Origin: Bacteroidia bacterium
GTDB lineage: Bacteria > Bacteroidota > Bacteroidia > M30B66
Reading direction: 5' to 3'
Assembly: GCA_965279035.1 (NCBI GenBank)
Contig: OZ257142.1
Location: 160,001 to 224,000, forward strand
Length of the DNA: 64,000 bases
The first letter of the stretch is position 1. Each line of letters begins with the position of its first letter. The translations under genes were made by a program, and so were the position numbers. Shown in pieces: positions 20,503 to 28,898 of this stretch. The notes below the pieces were generated by a model. That model saw nothing but the letters and a program-made list of their open reading frames with translations. It had not been told where the DNA came from and did no database searches.

Positions 20503-20721
20503 CCTCGGACTGAAGTCGGGGGGGATGGGGGGAAGGGAGCTGGAATATAGATAGGGCTGGACAACCCCGGACTGAAGTCCGAGGGTGCTGGGGGAAGGGA
20601 GCTAGATTTTAGAGAGGGAGATCTGCTGTCCTTGACTCTTATCGGATACCCCTCGGACTGAAGTCCGAGGTTGCTGGAGGGGAGGGTGCGGAATTTTAGT
20701 TAGGGTGAGCTGAAGTCCTGG
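20503..20721. repeat. Left array of REP-like palindromes (copies at 20503, 20565, 20651; degenerate copy ~20709) with G-rich homologous spacers
   Basis: CCTCGGACTGAAGTCGGGGG, CCCCGGACTGAAGTCCGAGG, CCTCGGACTGAAGTCCGAGG; spacer consensus ~KTGCTGGGGGGAAGGGAGCTGGATTTTAGATA. Confidence 0.9.
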
Positions 20722-20827
20722 GATGCGGGAGATGCAAATCTATTGCGTGTAATGCAAAAGGATGATAATAAAACAAGGCTAGATTTATACGATATATTCA
20801 TCAATAGTAAAATCAATATTAAATAGT

Positions 20828-21229
20828 ATGGGAAGAGTTACTGTATTTATTCATATCGTATTCAGTACAAAGTATGGGCATCGAATACTTACTGAGGAAT
20901 TGATTGAAACATTAAAACTCTATCTTAAAGATCAATCTATTTTAAAACCCTTTGAAGTAATCGAATTTAATGGTTTTGAAAATCATATCCATTGTCTAAT
21001 AAGCTGCCATTCGGGCATTTCTCTTCCAGATTGTGTAAAATGGTTAAAAGGGTCATCATCAAGATGGCTGAATCAACAATCCTATTTTAAGCATCATTTT
21101 AAATGGAAAGTTGGGTATTATGCTACGAGAATTCCTTCAACTGAATATGATAGGGTAGTTCGCTATATACAAAATCAACAGGTCACTCATTTAAAGCGTT
21201 TGGGAAAAGAGAAGCTGGCCCCGGACTGA
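20828..21229 (+). CDS. tnpA: IS200/IS605-family-like HUH (Y1) transposase / REP-associated tyrosine transposase
   Basis: HIVFSTKY N-terminus, HUH motif NHIHCL, LKGSSS, FKWKVGYY, catalytic YIQNQ; no tnpB nearby; flanked on both sides by palindrome arrays. Confidence 0.88.
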   Translation: MGRVTVFIHIVFSTKYGHRILTEELIETLKLYLKDQSILKPFEVIEFNGFENHIHCLISCHSGISLPDCVKWLKGSSSRWLNQQSYFKHHFKWKVGYYATRIPSTEYDRVVRYIQNQQVTHLKRLGKEKLAPD

Positions 21230-21432
21230 AGTCCGGGGGGTTGGGGGGAAGGGTGCTGAAATATAGATAAGGTGAGACGAAGCCTCGGAATGAAGTCCGA
21301 GGGTGCTGGGGGGAAGGGAGATGGATTTTAGATATTGTGCGTCGTATTCTCGGACTGAAGTCCGAGGTTGCCGAGGGAAAGGGAGCTGGATTTTAGATAT
21401 AGTGCGCAGCAGCCTCGGACTTCAGTCCGGGG
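21219..21432. repeat. Right array of REP-like palindromes (copies at 21219, 21283, 21348; inverted copy at 21413), period 64-65 nt
   Basis: Four 20-nt palindromes separated by 44-45-nt homologous G-rich spacers. Confidence 0.92.
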
Positions 21433-21433
21433 T

Positions 21434-22183
21434 TTATGAGAACCAGTTTGCCAGATCTTCAATACGCAATTGTTTTTTTGCATCACCCGAAACATCACGT
21501 ATAACCTGCCCTTCGGATAGTTGTATGATTCGGCTTCCGACCTGAATGCATTGTCGCAGCTCATGTGTTACCATGATTGCAGTGATTTTTTTTTCGAGTA
21601 AGATGCGCTGGGTGAGTTCCAAAATACGAGCTGCTGATCGAGGATCCAATGCTGCAGTAGGCTCATCTAACAATAATACATCTAAGGTGTCGAAGGTTGC
21701 CATGAGTAAGGAAAGAGCTTGCCTTTGTCCACCTGAAAAACTTCCCATGGGTTGATCAAGCCTGTTTTCTAAGCCCATAGCGAGGATGCTCACATGTGCA
21801 GAAACTACTTTCCGGAAAGCAGAATCAACTCCAATTCGCAATCCCTTGTTTTGAGTGCGTAATGATGCTAGTCGGAAATTATCGATCAACGAAAGATCAG
21901 GGGCTGTTCCAGCTGTTGGGTCTTGGAATATTCGAGCAATAGAAGCACTTCGTTTATAGCTAGGCAGTGATTGTATTTGTTTTCCGTTGATAGAAATGCT
22001 TCCTGAATCAGGTAAAAAGGAGCCTGCGATGAGATTGAGCAGCGTTGATTTTCCAGAACCATTCGACCCAACCATCACATTGAAGGAACCGACCTCTAAG
22101 GTTAGGTTGATGCTTTTTACAGCAATCACTTGACGTTCGGTGCCGGGGAAAAAAGTCTTGTTCAGATTCTTAATCTCAATCAT
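21434..22183 (-). CDS. ABC transporter ATP-binding protein (putative aromatic amino acid-type system)
   Basis: Walker A GSNGSGKS, signature FSGGQRQ, Walker B LLLDEPTAALDP, H-loop MVTH. Confidence 0.92.
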   Translation of the reverse strand: MIEIKNLNKTFFPGTERQVIAVKSINLTLEVGSFNVMVGSNGSGKSTLLNLIAGSFLPDSGSISINGKQIQSLPSYKRSASIARIFQDPTAGTAPDLSLIDNFRLASLRTQNKGLRIGVDSAFRKVVSAHVSILAMGLENRLDQPMGSFSGGQRQALSLLMATFDTLDVLLLDEPTAALDPRSAARILELTQRILLEKKITAIMVTHELRQCIQVGSRIIQLSEGQVIRDVSGDAKKQLRIEDLANWFS

Positions 22184-23052
22184 TTGAAGGCCATTTTTCC
22201 TTTGAAACGTGGAATACTCACAAACAAGAGAACGACTCCAGCTGTGATGAGCTTAAGCAAATTGGGATCGGCTCCTGATGCCAAGGTAAATGCAATAACA
22301 ATCCGAAAAATGATGCATCCAAGCAGAACACCTACTATCCGCCAGGCAATACCCTGACGTTTAAAAAGATCCATTAAGGTTTCACCAATCATCACGGAAC
22401 CAAGTCCAACGATGACGATTCCAATGCCCATATTGATATCAGAAAACTGCTGGAGTTGAGCTACAATACTCCCACTGAAGGCCGTTAAGGCATTGGCGAT
22501 AGCTAAACCAATAATTTTCATCCGATTGGTATTGACGCCCATTGCATTCACCATGGATTCGGAGTTTCCAGTGGCGCGCATGGCTAATCCAAAGTCGGTT
22601 TTGAGCATAAAAACCAGAAACAAACCGAGGATCGACATCAAAATCAACAACAGAATTCCCTGATCGAGATAGGAAGATCCCGTTGGTTGAAAGGCAAAAA
22701 ACACATGATTCACCTGCAACAGCGGAATATTGGATCGTCCCATCAGGATGAGATTTACCGAATACAGGGCGGTCATTACTAAAATGCCAGATAGAAGCGC
22801 ATTTACGCGAAGTCGAGTATGAATAATCCCGGTGAGCATACCGGCCAATCCACCACCAATCATGGAACAGAGTAAAACCCAATACCAAGAAATTCCATCA
22901 GTAAGCTGAACGGCTGTGATTGCAGCACCTAATGTAAAACTACCGTCGGTGGTGATATCTGGAATGTTAAAAATTTTAAGCGTAAGAAAGATCCCCCAAC
23001 CAAGCGCACACAGGGCAAGACCAAGACTGATGGCGGTTAAGTAAAACTGCAT
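22180..23052 (-). CDS. ABC transporter permease
   Basis: Hydrophobic; PDITTDGSFTLG, LLSGIL, GLAMRATG motifs; overlaps the ATPase gene. Confidence 0.9.
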   Translation of the reverse strand: MQFYLTAISLGLALCALGWGIFLTLKIFNIPDITTDGSFTLGAAITAVQLTDGISWYWVLLCSMIGGGLAGMLTGIIHTRLRVNALLSGILVMTALYSVNLILMGRSNIPLLQVNHVFFAFQPTGSSYLDQGILLLILMSILGLFLVFMLKTDFGLAMRATGNSESMVNAMGVNTNRMKIIGLAIANALTAFSGSIVAQLQQFSDINMGIGIVIVGLGSVMIGETLMDLFKRQGIAWRIVGVLLGCIIFRIVIAFTLASGADPNLLKLITAGVVLLFVSIPRFKGKMAFK

Positions 23053-24002
23053 TAGGAAACCGGTTTAAACGAAGCGTTGGGTTGAAAACCGTATTTCTTG
23101 GCTTTCTCGGGGTTGAACATGCGTGCTCGTTTTTTCAATTTTATGGGATATGGCAGTTTACCCGTTTTGAGAAATTTAGCAGCTTCCTGTCCGGATGCGT
23201 ATCCCCATTCATAGATATCGGCTCCAAAACCAGCAAGTGCTCCACGGCTAACCAATCCTGATTCGGAGGTAATGATGGGAATTCCCGCTTTATCGCAGCT
23301 ACTAACAATGGTTTCGAATGAAGCAAAAATGGTGTTATCGGGTAAGGCAAAGAATACGTCAATTTTTTGATCAATCAGACGTTCCATCACGAGTTGTGTT
23401 TCGGCAGAGCTATTGGCTGGTAGGGAAATGATGGTCATTCCTTGTTTAGCTGCATCTTTCCGTATACGTTCAAGTGCATCCACACTTTGCGGCTCACTTT
23501 GATTGATCAGTGCACCAATCTTGAGTGCTTTGGGGAATATTTCATGAATGAGTGTGATGGCAGTGTCGATGTATTCGAGTGTTTCATAAACACCAAAAAG
23601 GTTGATTGGATCTTTCCCTTGAGGATTGCGCAAACCTGCAAGTTCTGGACTTGGGCTTACCATCATACAAACTGGAATTTGATTGGTTTTTTGAACTGCC
23701 GAAATGGTTGATAAAGTGGTATTGGTGGCGATGAGACTCACCTCTTGCGAAATGAAATAATCGATCGATTGTGTTAGTGCTGGAATATCACCTTGGGCAT
23801 TTCGGTAAATGACTTTCAGGTTTTTTTCGGGAATGTAGCCACTATCCTTTAATGCTGTGAAAAACCCTTTCTTCGCTTGAGAAATGGTTTCATCTTCGAA
23901 TGCATCTAAAAACGCAATGGTATGAAATGAATTCTTGCCTGACTGCGGAGTTGATCCACACGAAAGAAGGCAGAAAATAGAAAGATAGAGGATCAGTCTC
24001 AA
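23052..24002 (-). CDS. ABC transporter substrate-binding lipoprotein
   Basis: Lipobox LLSC; NAQGD and PDNT motifs; operonic with the permease and ATPase; TTG start. Confidence 0.85.
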   Translation of the reverse strand: MRLILYLSIFCLLSCGSTPQSGKNSFHTIAFLDAFEDETISQAKKGFFTALKDSGYIPEKNLKVIYRNAQGDIPALTQSIDYFISQEVSLIATNTTLSTISAVQKTNQIPVCMMVSPSPELAGLRNPQGKDPINLFGVYETLEYIDTAITLIHEIFPKALKIGALINQSEPQSVDALERIRKDAAKQGMTIISLPANSSAETQLVMERLIDQKIDVFFALPDNTIFASFETIVSSCDKAGIPIITSESGLVSRGALAGFGADIYEWGYASGQEAAKFLKTGKLPYPIKLKKRARMFNPEKAKKYGFQPNASFKPVS

Positions 24003-24066
24003 GCAGCTTGGATTTGGGAAAAGAGCATAACAAAAGAATCAAAAAAGTGTTTTTGGAAACCAGAAA

Positions 24067-25071
24067 TCAGGACTTCTTGTAAACCAAATACATTTCGCTT
24101 CCAGTGGGATTTTCGCTTTCACGCTCCCACTCGTTGGCTAGATTTTTTTCAAATTCAATTCCCTCTTGAATCAAACTATAATCGCTAATTAGCTGAAACG
24201 ACTGTCCAAAAAGAGAAAGCGGATTCGACTTTATCGCATTGAGGCGTGTCTTCATGCGGTGTTTGAGGCCTTCTTTAGCGAATTTACGCGCCGTTTTCAA
24301 GCGAGCTATTTGATTACGTAGTGCCAACAAACGCACTTTTGCTGCCGAATCTCCTTTGGCAAGATCAAGGTTTGTAAGCGTATCGAGAATAAACACATCG
24401 GGAGTTTCGCACATCCATTCTAATGAACCGTATTGTTGATTGGCGAACCAGGCTTTTTCGGGATGATAGTTTTCGGCTTTCACCAAAATATCCATATCGG
24501 ACGAAGAAAGACGACGGAGATGCCCGATATCTTCGTAATAGAAGCGGTTTTTAATCTCCGGATTGATTCCACCTGGAATTGATGCGGCAAGATTATATTC
24601 GAAACTTCCTTTGTTTCCGCAGGGCAAGACATGAAAAATACGAGCTCCAACCTCTTGAAGTTTACTCATATCGGCCAACACGTTTTCTAATTCTGAAACA
24701 TGTTCGAGAACGTGATGAGAAAAGATTAAATCGAACTTTTCTTGGTCAGCAATGAGTTTGTTTATGTCTTCGAAACGGCAATCCGGGAAGCGTGTTCGTC
24801 CTGTTGACATTGCATTTTGAGAAATATCGCATCCTGTTATTTCCCAGTTGGGAAGTGCTTGTTTGAGCACTTGAGTAAATATCCCACGTCCGCAGCCAAA
24901 ATCAAGGGCTTTGCCTGTTTTAGGAAGATTTAGTTTTGTAATAAGTTCAGCAATTCGTTGCTTTTTCCATAAAGGCCATTCATCCATGTAGTCGTCTTTG
25001 TAACGACTTTCATAAAAGTTTTGGGCAACGTTCTGATCATTCAGTTCAATAGTAGTAACAGCCGGTTCCAT
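24067..25071 (-). CDS. Class I SAM-dependent methyltransferase
   Basis: LDFGCGRG, GCDIS, FDLIFSHHVLEHV. Confidence 0.88.
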   Translation of the reverse strand: MEPAVTTIELNDQNVAQNFYESRYKDDYMDEWPLWKKQRIAELITKLNLPKTGKALDFGCGRGIFTQVLKQALPNWEITGCDISQNAMSTGRTRFPDCRFEDINKLIADQEKFDLIFSHHVLEHVSELENVLADMSKLQEVGARIFHVLPCGNKGSFEYNLAASIPGGINPEIKNRFYYEDIGHLRRLSSSDMDILVKAENYHPEKAWFANQQYGSLEWMCETPDVFILDTLTNLDLAKGDSAAKVRLLALRNQIARLKTARKFAKEGLKHRMKTRLNAIKSNPLSLFGQSFQLISDYSLIQEGIEFEKNLANEWERESENPTGSEMYLVYKKS

Positions 25072-25124
25072 GCTTTTTAATAAGCTGTGAAGATAAATAA
25101 GTTCCCACAGTTAGCCAACCCGTT

Positions 25125-26552
25125 TTACGAAACCTGCGAACGAATGATTGGAATGGAAAGGAGGTTTCGAACTGTTTCCATATCGATTGGTTTGGAGAGA
25201 AAATCCCTCACCATAGGATAACTACGAGCTTTTTTAACATCCTCAGGATCAATGGATGATGAATACATATATACATTCACAAAGCGATGCATGGATCGTA
25301 ATTCATCGAGAAATTCCCAACCGGTAATGCCCGGCATATTGATATCAAGAAGTAGAATATCGGGTTGAGCTGAGTCGAAACGTAATTTTTCGAGTGCCAT
25401 TTTCGCACTGAGAAACTCTGTTACTTTCACTGTTGGATCAGCGTTTTTCATCAAGCGCTGGGTGATATATGTAATTACTTGGTCGTCGTCAACAATCCAC
25501 ACATCATGAATTCGTTGGTCTTCTTTTTCATTAAAGAAAAGGCTTTTTTCCACTTCAACATCGAGTTCGGCCAAGGCTTGTCCCATTTCATGAACAACAC
25601 CATCGAGTTGACCAGTAAGCATTCGAAGTGTTTCAAGTGTAATGGTAACATCTTGTTTCGAATGCGACTCACTCTTAACCAGTTCAATCAAGCCTAAAAT
25701 ATTGGCAAGAGGTTGACGTAGTTTATGCGAAGTGAGGAATGCAAATTCTTTCAATCGTTTGTTTTGCTCGAGAATTCGGAGTTGGAAATCGCGTTTTTCG
25801 GTTGTATCGACAAGGTAAATTGAGACAACTGGTAAGCCATTTACTTCCACCATTTTCCGAATCACTTCAATAACTAAGGGTTTCCCATTGAATGTTGAAA
25901 ATCGGAGTTCTTTTCGTGATGTATCGCGTTGTTGAACAATGCGTTCTGATTCATTCCGAAGATCTTTTCTGGATGCTTCAGGCAGTTTCGAAAAATGAGT
26001 TTCGATAAAATCTTTCCCCAATAAATCCTCCCTTTTACATTCGAATAAATCGCAATAGGCCTGATTTACACGAACAAATATCCCTTTGCTATCAGTGAAA
26101 CACATCGGCATTACAGCCTGTTCGTAAATTTCATCGTATTCTTTCCAACTTCTGCGAAGCTTCTGTTCTTGTTGTTTTCGAAAAGTAATATCCTCTTCGA
26201 GTGCTATGTATCCAGCAATTTTGCCGCTTTCATCGAGAACGGGTGTTATATCGAGCTGAGCCCAATACATACGACCATCTTTGGTATAGTTGATTTGCTC
26301 TTCTTTTACCGGTTCGCCATTATCTAGTTTAACTTTGATTTCGGCTGCTTTAACTAAATTGGTTTCGGGTCCAAAAAGAAATTCTGAGGGTTTTTTGCCT
26401 TTGATTTCTTCCAAACTATACCCTGTTCCTTGAATAAAACTTTCATTTACCCAATCAATACGGCGTTTCGCATCAGTAATGATAACCATGTTACCCATTC
26501 TGTCTGCTACTAAAGCTAATTTTTCTAATACGGACAATAATTGCATAAGCAT
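25125..26552 (-). CDS. PAS-PAS-HisKA-receiver signalling protein lacking an HATPase domain
   Basis: Two PAS/PAC repeats (ITD...WVN..F...TGY; FTD...VN.AYC.LF); H-box SHKLRQPL; REC IVDDD...LLDINMP...SKP; no N/G1/F/G2 boxes. Confidence 0.85.
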   Translation of the reverse strand: MLMQLLSVLEKLALVADRMGNMVIITDAKRRIDWVNESFIQGTGYSLEEIKGKKPSEFLFGPETNLVKAAEIKVKLDNGEPVKEEQINYTKDGRMYWAQLDITPVLDESGKIAGYIALEEDITFRKQQEQKLRRSWKEYDEIYEQAVMPMCFTDSKGIFVRVNQAYCDLFECKREDLLGKDFIETHFSKLPEASRKDLRNESERIVQQRDTSRKELRFSTFNGKPLVIEVIRKMVEVNGLPVVSIYLVDTTEKRDFQLRILEQNKRLKEFAFLTSHKLRQPLANILGLIELVKSESHSKQDVTITLETLRMLTGQLDGVVHEMGQALAELDVEVEKSLFFNEKEDQRIHDVWIVDDDQVITYITQRLMKNADPTVKVTEFLSAKMALEKLRFDSAQPDILLLDINMPGITGWEFLDELRSMHRFVNVYMYSSSIDPEDVKKARSYPMVRDFLSKPIDMETVRNLLSIPIIRSQVS

Positions 26553-26718
26553 CGTGCTGTTCAGGTAGAGTTTACCCTAAAAAGCACCCATAGGTTGCGG
26601 CCTAAATTGTGTCAAATGCAACTAATTCGTGTAGTTAATTACATGATGATCTTAGATAATCGAGTTCAAATTGGCTGAAATATCTTGTCCACAAACTTGT
26701 CCCAATCCACTAATAACA

Positions 26719-26801
26719 ACGGTTCCTGCTATGGTAGAATACTAAACTCAACCTAGCAGGAACCGTGAATAAACTTTCATGCTAGGTAGAAACCCCTAGC
26801 A
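26719..26801. other. Two related hairpins downstream of glyQS (terminator or structured RNA element)
   Basis: 13-bp perfect stem ACGGTTCCTGCTA/TAGCAGGAACCGT (26719-26766) and 7-bp stem TGCTAGG/CCTAGCA (26780-26801). Confidence 0.6.
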
Positions 26802-26827
26802 GGGAATAATTGAAGGATTTGTGAGTA

Positions 26828-28285
26828 TTAGCTTAACAAAGAGCGCATTGAAACGTGTTTTTCAATTTTACTTAAAAGCTCGCTAATCTCAATTCGTTCT
26901 TGGATCATCGAATCGCGATGACGAATAGTAACTGTATTGTTTTCAAGCGTTTCGTGATCAACCGTAACACAGAAAGGCGTTCCTATTGCATCATGCCGAC
27001 GATAGCGTTTTCCAATGGCGTCTTTTTCTTCGTAATGGCAGCGATATGAAGGTTTAAGGATATCCATTATTTCGCGTGCTTTTTCGGGAAGACCATCCTT
27101 TTTAGTTAAAGGTAAAATAGCCACTTTGAATGGTGCTAACTGCGGCGGAAGCGCCAATACTGTGCGGATTTCCTTCTTTTCACCTTCACCAATTTCTTCT
27201 TCTTGGTAAGCATTGATAAGCGTTAATAAAAACATCCGATCAAGTCCGATAGAGGTTTCTATCACGTAAGGAATATAGTTTTGATTGATTTCCGGATCGA
27301 AGTATTGCATCTTTTTCCCCGAAAATTCCTGGTGTTGCTTTAGATCAAAATCTGTACGTGAGTGAATTCCTTCAACTTCTTTAAAGCCAAAAGGGAATTC
27401 GAATTCGATATCGGTTGCAGCATTGGCATAGTGTGCTAGTTTGATGTGATCATGAAAGCGGTATTTTGAAGGAGAAGTTCCTAAAGCCAAATGCCATTTC
27501 AATCGAGTTTCTTTCCATTTAGCAAACCATTCCATTTCGGTTCCAGGTCGAACGAAAAACTGCATTTCCATTTGTTCGAATTCACGCATACGCATGATAA
27601 ATTGACGAGCAATGATTTCGTTCCGAAAGGCTTTTCCTATTTGAGCTATCCCGAAAGGAATCTTCATTCGCCCGCTTTTTTGGACGTTTAGAAAATTCAC
27701 AAATATCCCTTGAGCAGTTTCAGGACGTAGGTAAACAACATCTGTATCATCGGCTAAAGAACCCATTTGTGTGCTGAACATGAGGTTGAACTGACGTACA
27801 TCGGTCCAGTTGCGAGTTCCGCTTATTGGACAAACAATCTCGTGTTCCACAATGAGATCGTGCATAGCGTTTAGGTCATTGTCGTTGAGCGCTTTGTTCA
27901 TTGCAGCTTCCAACTCCGCAGCCTTATCGCTTTTGCCTTTTTTCTCATACTTCTCAATTTGTTCTTCCAAAAGCTGATCAGCACGATAACGTTTCTTAGA
28001 ATCTTTGTTATCAATCATCGGATCGCTAAAACCATCCACGTGTCCGGAGGCCTTCCATACTTTGGGATGCATGAAAATGGCAGAATCGATTCCTACAATA
28101 TTCTCATTCATCTGCACCATCGATTTCCACCAGTATTCCTTGATGTTGTTTTTCATTTCAACACCATTTTGGCCGTAATCGTAAACGGCTCCAAGTCCAT
28201 CGTAAATTTCGGATGATTGAAATACGAAACCGTATTCTTTGGCGTGGGCGGTGACTTTTTTAAAGAGATCGTCCGGTTGAGACAT
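26828..28285 (-). CDS. glyQS: Glycine--tRNA ligase (alpha2 homodimeric type)
   Basis: EIYDGL..VYDYG, YLRPETAQGIF, GKAFRNEI, REFEQME, IGKRYRRHDAIGTP. Confidence 0.96.
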   Translation of the reverse strand: MSQPDDLFKKVTAHAKEYGFVFQSSEIYDGLGAVYDYGQNGVEMKNNIKEYWWKSMVQMNENIVGIDSAIFMHPKVWKASGHVDGFSDPMIDNKDSKKRYRADQLLEEQIEKYEKKGKSDKAAELEAAMNKALNDNDLNAMHDLIVEHEIVCPISGTRNWTDVRQFNLMFSTQMGSLADDTDVVYLRPETAQGIFVNFLNVQKSGRMKIPFGIAQIGKAFRNEIIARQFIMRMREFEQMEMQFFVRPGTEMEWFAKWKETRLKWHLALGTSPSKYRFHDHIKLAHYANAATDIEFEFPFGFKEVEGIHSRTDFDLKQHQEFSGKKMQYFDPEINQNYIPYVIETSIGLDRMFLLTLINAYQEEEIGEGEKKEIRTVLALPPQLAPFKVAILPLTKKDGLPEKAREIMDILKPSYRCHYEEKDAIGKRYRRHDAIGTPFCVTVDHETLENNTVTIRHRDSMIQERIEISELLSKIEKHVSMRSLLS

Positions 28286-28326
28286 AATAAAAGATTGTTG
28301 GGATGAATGAATGAGGTGGTAAAAGA

Positions 28327-28836
28327 TTAATTATCAGAAAGTAGTTCTCGTTTTTTGCGGCTACGTTCGATCGACTTCATATAGGTTTCAACATTAACGT
28401 AGCTTAAGGTAAAGCGCACGGCCGATTTGAAGTTCTCAATGGCTTTGTTATAGTCCTGTTTTAACTCGTAAAGAATTCCAAATTCGTTGTAGATAGCGGC
28501 TTTGTCGGTACCGGGAACGAGGATGGCTTTGTTAAGCAAGTCTTCGAGGTCGTCGTATTTTCCTAATGAAGAAAGAACTATGCTGAGATTCAGGTAAACA
28601 GGAGAATAATCGGGATTATACGCTAAACATTGACGATACATGTTTTCGGCACGAGTGTAGTCTTTCAGTTTTGTTTCATACACCCAACCGAGGTGATTGT
28701 ATGCTTTTCCAAAATCAGGAGCTTGAGCAATAATTCCTTCTAACAAGGCAACAGCATCGGCTATTTTATTGTTGCGAATGAGATCATCGGCTTCAAAAAG
28801 CATGTCTTCGAATTCGAGGTTTTCGTATGCTGACAT
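28327..28836 (-). CDS. Tetratricopeptide repeat protein
   Basis: AYNHLGWVY, VYLNLSIVL, IYNEFGILY helix repeats. Confidence 0.85.
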   Translation of the reverse strand: MSAYENLEFEDMLFEADDLIRNNKIADAVALLEGIIAQAPDFGKAYNHLGWVYETKLKDYTRAENMYRQCLAYNPDYSPVYLNLSIVLSSLGKYDDLEDLLNKAILVPGTDKAAIYNEFGILYELKQDYNKAIENFKSAVRFTLSYVNVETYMKSIERSRKKRELLSDN

Positions 28837-28856
28837 AGAGAATAGATTAGCGGGTG

Positions 28857-28894
28857 CAAACCTAAGGAATTTGAAGGAGAGCTATGTACCTTTG
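28857..28894. promoter_or_regulatory. Back-to-back divergent -7 elements (TAGGTTTG on minus at 28857-28864; TACCTTTG on plus at 28887-28894)
   Basis: Both match TAnnTTTG and sit immediately upstream of the divergent ATGs at 28836 and 28899. Confidence 0.6.
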
Positions 28895-28898
28895 CCGC

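Noticed and set aside
20394-20564. 57-aa N-terminal extension of Dxs in the ORF track
   Set aside because: It is a Pro-rich translation of repeat and promoter DNA; a -7 element lies at 20421-20428 and homology starts at ATG 20393.
20503-21432. CRISPR array (palindromic repeats at ~65-nt period)
   Set aside because: Spacers are homologous to each other rather than unique, one copy is inverted, repeats are only 20 nt, and no cas genes are in the window.
21303-21564. Small ORFs (80 aa +, 78 aa -) after the HUH gene as a TnpB-like or accessory partner
   Set aside because: They are translations of the repeat array overlapping the ABC ATPase gene, with no RuvC or zinc-finger motifs.
25125-26552. 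LOV photoreceptor in the first PAS domain
   Set aside because: The segment reads GKKPSEFL; the GxNCRFLQ cysteine motif is absent.
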